Of a stretch of DNA of 64,000 bases, positions 58,426-64,000 are shown piece by piece. The DNA lies in NCBI GenBank assembly GCA_001563915.1, contig LKMP01000002.1, positions 42,630-106,629 of the forward strand, given 5' to 3'. The position numbers and the translations under genes are program-made. Numbering within the stretch: the first letter of the stretch is position 1; every line of letters begins with the position of its first letter. Source of the DNA: Nanohaloarchaea archaeon B1-Br10_U2g21 (GTDB taxonomy: Archaea > Nanohalarchaeota > Nanosalinia > Nanosalinales > Nanosalinaceae). The notes under the pieces are model-generated. The model was not told where the DNA came from, searched no databases, and saw only the letters and a program-made list of their open reading frames with translations.

Positions 58426-58707
58426 ATGGCGAGCCTCTGGGATATAGGTAAGAGCAGAAAGGAGAAGCTCGCCGATGAATGGGAAAACAATGGAGTGCTG
58501 GAAGAAAAAGTCCAGAAACATCGAGATAAATTTGAGTCAAGGTTCAGAAACAACATGAGCCAAGACGTACCAACTCATCCTTACAAGATTTACAGGAACA
58601 TTGTAGAGTCAAATGAACTTTCAGACGAAGAACGTATTGCACTTGAACACATGAAAGACGAATTTTCAGAAGAATGGCAGATGCTGAAACAGACGCACTC
58701 TAATTAG
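58426..58707 (+). CDS. small hypothetical protein
   Basis: 93-aa charged ORF in an otherwise empty gap, with a TATA-like element upstream. Confidence 0.72.
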   Translation: MASLWDIGKSRKEKLADEWENNGVLEEKVQKHRDKFESRFRNNMSQDVPTHPYKIYRNIVESNELSDEERIALEHMKDEFSEEWQMLKQTHSN

Positions 58708-58759
58708 GATTCCCTAAGTCGGCAAGTATCTCAGGGGAGGGGAAACAAAGCCGAACCAC

Positions 58760-58781
58760 TTTTTTCTCTTTTTCTTTTTCT
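58760..58781 (+). terminator. oligo-T archaeal terminator-like tract
   Basis: Three T-runs separated by C downstream of the 58426..58707 gene. Confidence 0.5.
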
Positions 58782-58854
58782 ACCATCACAAAAAATAAGC
58801 AAATCTACTTAGGACTTCTCCCCATATTCTGTAAATCTTTTACCCAACATCTCA

Positions 58855-60441
58855 TCACAACTCCATATTCTTTGTCATATAAGGCCCTTCTAACTCGTAA
58901 CCCAGCTTCCTATAATATTCTCTCGTACCAACAGCAGATATAACTGCAATTTTATCCTTTTCAAGCTCCAAAGCTTTATCCTCTGCAGCACTCATTAGCT
59001 TCTTACCTAGGCCTGTATGTTGAACATCGCCTTCTGCACCTATATCTGTGGCAGAACCTAAGATCTTCAATTGCCTCACAATTAAAGTATCCTCATCAAT
59101 TTCAGGCCTAAAAGACTCACTAGGAGCTCTCAAACGAATAAAGCCTAATATAATATCTTTCTCCACATCCTCAAAGCTCAAAAAGTATTCCTGACCGCCC
59201 GAAGCATCATAATCGCGCTCTAATAACTCCACTTTTTCAGGAATTTCACCGCGTTTTCTCTCTACATGACCTACTTCCCTACATCGAATGCATCGACATC
59301 GCTCACCCTCTTCTTCAAGCTCCTGTAAAGCCATCTGTCGCATGTTAGTTAATTGAGGTCCTGCATCCACTTCTGTAGAAGGAATATCTCTCATAACCCG
59401 TTTAACTCTTACATGAGGAGGAATCACATTCTTCTGTAGATACTTTAAACGTTCTTTTGCTTCTTCGTCAGTAATGGGTTCAAATTCTCCCTCCTCATAC
59501 TGCCTATATAATTCAGTGCCTTGAATTACTTCGCACGGATAAATCTTGATTTCATCTGGCTGATACTCTTCTTTAGAAAAAACCTGTCTAAATTTTTCAA
59601 TATCATCATCATAATCCTCTCCCGGAAGACCCAGCATAAGATGATAACACACCTTAAAACCCGCATTTTTCAGCCTCTTAGTAGCCTCTTTAACCGGACC
59701 CATCCCATGGCCTCTGTTAGTTATCTCATGAGTTTCATCGAATACAGTTTGAACACCCATCTCCACACGCGTACCTCCCATCTCAAGTATCCGATCAATA
59801 TGTTTTGTCTCTGCAATATCAGGCCTCGTCTCAAAAGTGACACCCACATTCCTAATCTCTGCAGTCTCATTTAGCTTAATAGCCTCCTCAAGAGAATCTG
59901 CTTCCTCAAGCTCAGAATCATCAGGATACGTGTTGAAACCGTCATAAGCTCTCTTCAAGAATTCACGTTGATAATCAGGGTCCTGAAAAGGAAAAGTTCC
60001 GCCCATAATAATTAGTTTAGATTTATCTATACTATGACCATTTTTCTCATACTGTCCTAGCCTATCATGGACCTGATCATACGGATCATACCCATTTCTA
60101 ATAGCCCTACGAGTTGCAGGTTCCTTACCAGTATAGCTTTGCGGAGCATTTTTTCCTTTAGGACAGTAAATACATCCTCCCCCACAGGGTGCGGGCCTCG
60201 CCATAATAGCTATGTTAGCAATTCCGGAAATAGTTCGCATCGGTTTCGTAGTAAGAAGTTTTTTTGCTTTCTCTTCTTCATCCTTCGTAAACTTCAGTAT
60301 ATCAGAATTTTTTGGCATCCCTGGGAATTCAAGACTTGAACAGAGCTTTTTCTTTTGCCTCTCAATTTCGTCCTTATCTTTGAGTTCTCCAGACTCTATT
60401 TTTTCTATTATTTTCCTTGAAAGAGTTTTGAGATTAGACAT
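58855..60441 (-). CDS. elp3: Elp3 tRNA U34 carboxymethyltransferase (radical SAM + KAT)
   Basis: RTISG, CGGGCIYCP, QSYTG, MGGTF, ETRPD, KIYP, RVMRDIP, CIRCRE, QHTGLG. Confidence 0.96.
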   Translation of the reverse strand: MSNLKTLSRKIIEKIESGELKDKDEIERQKKKLCSSLEFPGMPKNSDILKFTKDEEEKAKKLLTTKPMRTISGIANIAIMARPAPCGGGCIYCPKGKNAPQSYTGKEPATRRAIRNGYDPYDQVHDRLGQYEKNGHSIDKSKLIIMGGTFPFQDPDYQREFLKRAYDGFNTYPDDSELEEADSLEEAIKLNETAEIRNVGVTFETRPDIAETKHIDRILEMGGTRVEMGVQTVFDETHEITNRGHGMGPVKEATKRLKNAGFKVCYHLMLGLPGEDYDDDIEKFRQVFSKEEYQPDEIKIYPCEVIQGTELYRQYEEGEFEPITDEEAKERLKYLQKNVIPPHVRVKRVMRDIPSTEVDAGPQLTNMRQMALQELEEEGERCRCIRCREVGHVERKRGEIPEKVELLERDYDASGGQEYFLSFEDVEKDIILGFIRLRAPSESFRPEIDEDTLIVRQLKILGSATDIGAEGDVQHTGLGKKLMSAAEDKALELEKDKIAVISAVGTREYYRKLGYELEGPYMTKNMEL

Positions 60442-60494
60442 ATTTGTGTTTGGCAATAGAAAAGTTAAAAAGAAAAACCAGTCTTTAACTGTCT

Positions 60495-61349
60495 ATGAGA
60501 AAATACATCCTAATTTTAACCACATTACTACTGATATCTAGCGCTGCAGCATTCTCTTTCAGCGACTTGTTCACGAATTTAGAGGCTGATGAAGGTGACG
60601 TAGGCATTATAGATCTTTCAGGGCCTGTTGTACCATCTGAAGGCGGATTTACGGCCGGAACTAGTCCTAGCGAAGTAAGAGAGCTTAATCAGCTAGCAGC
60701 ACAACAAGAAGTAGATGCCATAGTGTATGAAATTGATTCTGGAGGCGGCGCAGTTGTAGCTTCAAAAGATGTGAAAAGGAGTATTGAGTCTGTTGACGTA
60801 CCTACAGTCTGCAGAATTCGTGACGTTGGCGCATCAGGAGCCTATCTTTATTCCCTAGGATGCGATTCGATAGTGGCTGATTCAGCATCAATTACTGGAA
60901 GCATAGGAGTTACAAGTTCTTACGTAGAGTTTTCAGAGTTAATGGAAGACATAGGCGTAAATTATGTTAACATAACTACTGGAGACAGAAAAGAATTAGG
61001 TTCTCCATTTGAAGAACCGGATGAAGAAGAAACAGAGCTACTCCATGGCAAGGCAGAAATAATAGGAGACGAGTTTCTTGAAGAAGTTTCAGACTCGAGA
61101 AACCTTACTGACGAACAAGAAGAACTAATAGGTACAGGAGAAATATTTCTAGGCTCAGAAGCAGAAGAACTAGACCTCGTGGATGATTTAGGAGGCAGAA
61201 ATACCGCAATACAAGAAGCAGAGAACTTGACCGGCAAGGATCTTACTCCTGTAAGCATAGACAGGACGCCCTCCTTTAATTTACTCGAACTGTTTCTTCC
61301 TGGCATCGAAATAGGAAGCACAAACTCTCCTTTAAAGGCAATAATGTAG
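60495..61349 (+). CDS. sppA: S49 signal peptide peptidase SppA
   Basis: DSGGG, GASGAY, GSIGV, Lys in GDRKELG, LVDDLG. Confidence 0.92.
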   Translation: MRKYILILTTLLLISSAAAFSFSDLFTNLEADEGDVGIIDLSGPVVPSEGGFTAGTSPSEVRELNQLAAQQEVDAIVYEIDSGGGAVVASKDVKRSIESVDVPTVCRIRDVGASGAYLYSLGCDSIVADSASITGSIGVTSSYVEFSELMEDIGVNYVNITTGDRKELGSPFEEPDEEETELLHGKAEIIGDEFLEEVSDSRNLTDEQEELIGTGEIFLGSEAEELDLVDDLGGRNTAIQEAENLTGKDLTPVSIDRTPSFNLLELFLPGIEIGSTNSPLKAIM

Positions 61350-61420
61350 TTAAAATCTAGATAGCGCTAGTACTGCATATACTTTCTTTCTTACTTTTCC
61401 AGAAAATACATCAAATAAGC

Positions 61421-62239
61421 TTATTTCTGAGGAGCATGTTCCCATAGTACATCAAACATAGGCTCTAGAACTGATTCCGCCATGTGATCACTTCTACTCC
61501 AGAAAGCTGTGTCCTGTGTAGAATGGACTTGATCATGAGTCATTGACATTGTGACTGCTTCATTATCAATAATAGTAAATCTTCCATTCGGAATAGCTGG
61601 CATTTTATTTTCATCCAAGTGCCTTAATTCTGCTACTTGTTTCAATTCGTCATATGCATGCATATTCTCAGCTGAAACAGGAGTCAATATTTTAATCTGA
61701 ATGCCATTTTCTTTAGCTTCTTCTAATAGACTTGAATGATTATCACGAATATCGTTTAGTCCTGCGTCAGATGTTAGTATCTTTATGCTTTGTTGGGCGT
61801 CTTTGAACATCGTGCCCATGTGTTGATGAATTTGTCTTGATCCTTTAAGGCTACCCGACATTTCTGCAGGGTCCACAAGTTCTACTCCTTGATCATATAA
61901 CTCTTCAAGCTCTTGAATTGCCTCTGAACCTTTCATTGTCTCTAAACGGTTCAGTTTTTCCTTAAGATCTTCCTCGTGCTGCGTCTTCATATTTTCTATT
62001 GCTTGCTGCGGAGGAATTGATACATATTCCATCGGTTGAGAAGATTTGATAACAACAAATCCTTTTTCTGCTAAAGACTCTAGCACATCATAAGCCCTTG
62101 ATCGTGGCACATTAGTCATTTCGGAGAGCTCTCCTGCAGTCGAGATACCGCGTCCTAGAAGTGCGGAGTAAATCTTACGTTCATACATGTTTAATCCGAT
62201 GTCTTCAAGTTTGTCGAGCGTCTCCTGACTAGCGACCAT
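61421..62239 (-). CDS. TrmB-family regulator / TrmBL2-like chromatin protein
   Basis: GLNMYERKIY...VPRSRAYDVLESLAEKGFV. Confidence 0.92.
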   Translation of the reverse strand: MVASQETLDKLEDIGLNMYERKIYSALLGRGISTAGELSEMTNVPRSRAYDVLESLAEKGFVVIKSSQPMEYVSIPPQQAIENMKTQHEEDLKEKLNRLETMKGSEAIQELEELYDQGVELVDPAEMSGSLKGSRQIHQHMGTMFKDAQQSIKILTSDAGLNDIRDNHSSLLEEAKENGIQIKILTPVSAENMHAYDELKQVAELRHLDENKMPAIPNGRFTIIDNEAVTMSMTHDQVHSTQDTAFWSRSDHMAESVLEPMFDVLWEHAPQK

Positions 62240-62363
62240 TGTTTACGTATCCACCTATCAAATTGTTTCAGTTACAGTAGTTATAAACCTTTTTCCGGGT
62301 TTTGCTCTCAAAGTAACAACTACTAAACTTGTCATCAACTAGTAATGAATACGTGTTGAAGAT

Positions 62364-62990
62364 TTATAAGTACTTCCTAATCCAAGAAATAGCTCCTTTA
62401 ACCTTCTTATTATATACTTCTTTCTCTTCCCTAATACCCTTCCACTCAAATCCATCAAAGACACTACTCACCTGCGAACCATACTCATTATAGAAACAGA
62501 CCTCATTCATCCCGAAACGATCAGAAGAACTTACTGGACTATCACAGTACGCAAAACTAACAACTGCTAAAGGAACCTTGCCCTCAGGACACTTCAAAAG
62601 ACCTGCCACATCATCAGAATCAAAACCAGTAACTAGATTTGAACTCAGACCTTCTTTTGATGCCAACAAGCGCATGTTCTGAGCCGCAGCAGCAGATTCC
62701 GCATAACAAGCTCCTAACTCATCACTTACTCTCCGCCTCATTCTTTCCATATCCGATACCAACACTATTGATGACGGAGCTTCAGAAATACGCGGATCTC
62801 CTAATATCTCTGAGAGATGATGTCTCTTCTCTTCGTCTTCCACAACCACAAACTCTACAGCCTGTATATTTCCTGGAGAAGGAGCATTTCTTCCTGCTTC
62901 AAGTACCCTACCTAACTTTTTTCTCTCAATTATTTCCTTTCTACAGTCGTTAAAGTTACTTATCGACATGAAGTCGTCGAGTTCAACCAT
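62364..62990 (-). CDS. nitroreductase family protein
   Basis: EAGRNAPSPGNIQ...FVVV, AAAQNMRLLA..EGL. Confidence 0.88.
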   Translation of the reverse strand: MVELDDFMSISNFNDCRKEIIERKKLGRVLEAGRNAPSPGNIQAVEFVVVEDEEKRHHLSEILGDPRISEAPSSIVLVSDMERMRRRVSDELGACYAESAAAAQNMRLLASKEGLSSNLVTGFDSDDVAGLLKCPEGKVPLAVVSFAYCDSPVSSSDRFGMNEVCFYNEYGSQVSSVFDGFEWKGIREEKEVYNKKVKGAISWIRKYL

Positions 62991-63033
62991 AACCAGACAT
63001 TGTACAGCCATGGGTTTAAACCTTAAACCCTCA

Positions 63034-64000
63034 ATGTCTTGTGTGGAATATTCAAACCTTGTAGACTGTTACGAAAAGATTGAGGCCACTCAATCTAATC
63101 TTGAAAAGACAAGTATATTGGCTGAACTATATGCCGAGGCTGAAGATGATCTTGAAGATGCAGTAATGCTTTCTCTTGGCCGAATTTCTCCATCATGGGA
63201 AGGCCTAGATCTTGGAGTATCAAGTAAATCCCTTGTTGATATAATAGTAATGGCTTCTGGCAGAACAGAAGAAGAAGTGGAGGACGTTTGGAAGACAGAG
63301 GGGGATTTGGGTGACGCTGCTGAAGCCATGATAGAGAACAAGACTCAGCAACGCCTCATGACGCAAGAACTGGAAGTTAGCCAGGTGATGGCCAGGCTGA
63401 GAAAGGTGGCAGAAATGGAAAAACAAGGAATTTCGCAGTCTATAAGCACTGATAAAAAGAAAAAGATGATTGCAGACCTTCTTTCATCCGCTGAACCTCG
63501 AGAAGCACGTTACCTTGCAAGAACAGTTCTTGAAAATCTAAGAATAGGGATTGGAGAAGGAACAGTCAGAGATGCGCTCGATAAATCTTTTTTCAACAGC
63601 GAAAACGCAGACGAAATTCAACGCGCTTACGACATGACCAATGACTTTAGAAAAGTTGCTGAGGCTTGTCGAAAAGGTGAAGAAGAACTTGAAAAGCTAG
63701 ACCTAGAGCTTTTCAGACCTGTAAAATCAATGCTCGCCCAAAAAGTAGATACTATTGAAGAAGGATTCGATGCCGTTGGTAGGCCTGCGGCTATTGATTA
63801 CAAATATGATGGCATGAGATGTATTTCGGGTTCTACTCCAATCTATGTTAAAGATACCGGGATCTTGCCAGTTCGGGATGTTAATGTAGGGGACAAAGTT
63901 CTTACGCATAAAGGCCGGTTCAGAGAAGTTACTGCAAAAAATAAGAGGACAATCGAAAAAAATGAACAAGTATTTGAGTTCTCTACTTATCTTGGGAATA
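63034..64000 (+). CDS. lig: ATP-dependent DNA ligase, 5' part, intein-containing (runs off window)
   Basis: Manual translation without stops from 63034 (or GTG 63043): GDLGD, LRIGIGEGTVRDA, PVKSMLAQ, motif I DYKYDGMR. Confidence 0.95.
   Translation, partial: MSCVEYSNLVDCYEKIEATQSNLEKTSILAELYAEAEDDLEDAVMLSLGRISPSWEGLDLGVSSKSLVDIIVMASGRTEEEVEDVWKTEGDLGDAAEAMIENKTQQRLMTQELEVSQVMARLRKVAEMEKQGISQSISTDKKKKMIADLLSSAEPREARYLARTVLENLRIGIGEGTVRDALDKSFFNSENADEIQRAYDMTNDFRKVAEACRKGEEELEKLDLELFRPVKSMLAQKVDTIEEGFDAVGRPAAIDYKYDGMRCISGSTPIYVKDTGILPVRDVNVGDKVLTHKGRFREVTAKNKRTIEKNEQVFEFSTYLGN
63820..64000 (+). mobile_element. intein (N-terminal Hint region) in DNA ligase
   Basis: After KYDGMR the frame reads CISGSTPIYV...VRDVNVGDKVLTHKGRFREV (intein block A/N2) instead of ligase xQxH. 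Confidence 0.88.

Noticed and set aside
58708-58760. HDV-like ribozyme or stop-codon readthrough signal
   Set aside because: P3/L3 spacing does not fit the HDV fold on either strand; the stem begins too close to the stop, and the downstream frame is not proteome-like
1-64000. CRISPR array, rRNA, IS elements, provirus
   Set aside because: No spaced direct repeats, rRNA-like segments, transposase, integrase or capsid genes were seen

Overview
64 kb of a compact, AT-rich archaeal chromosome with a strongly acidic proteome, archaeal information genes and few biosynthetic genes, most consistent with a Nanohaloarchaeon (DPANN; taxonomy inferred from sequence only). Core content: oapABC/arvABC GTPase operon; tRNA-Ile(GAT) and an intron-containing tRNA-Lys(CTT); the rps6e-eIF2g-PIN-rpoE'-spt4-rps24e-rps27ae-kae1...bud32-rps15-recJ-rps3ae superoperon; K+ transporters; photolyase; an Ig-like surface protein; a MoxR operon; a complete A-type ATP synthase operon; trm1, TFB, two histones, eIF5A, cca, adk, elp3, sppA, TrmB; and an ATP-dependent DNA ligase running off the right edge with an intein after its active-site motif. 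The best candidate for an undescribed system is a four-gene cassette inserted between eIF2g and the PIN gene. It encodes an MscS channel fused to a phytochelatin-synthase/C39-like Cys-His-Asp domain, a degenerate and an intact RimK-type ATP-grasp ligase, and a DUF1611-like P-loop protein. Other leads: a helical protein + split EndoIV-like TIM barrel + MNT-HEPN-HEPN cluster; an orphan gene and a hairpin-linked mini-ORF inside the ATP synthase operon; a probable ATT start codon; and strong over-representation of the palindrome AGGCCT. All family calls are by motif recognition, not database search.
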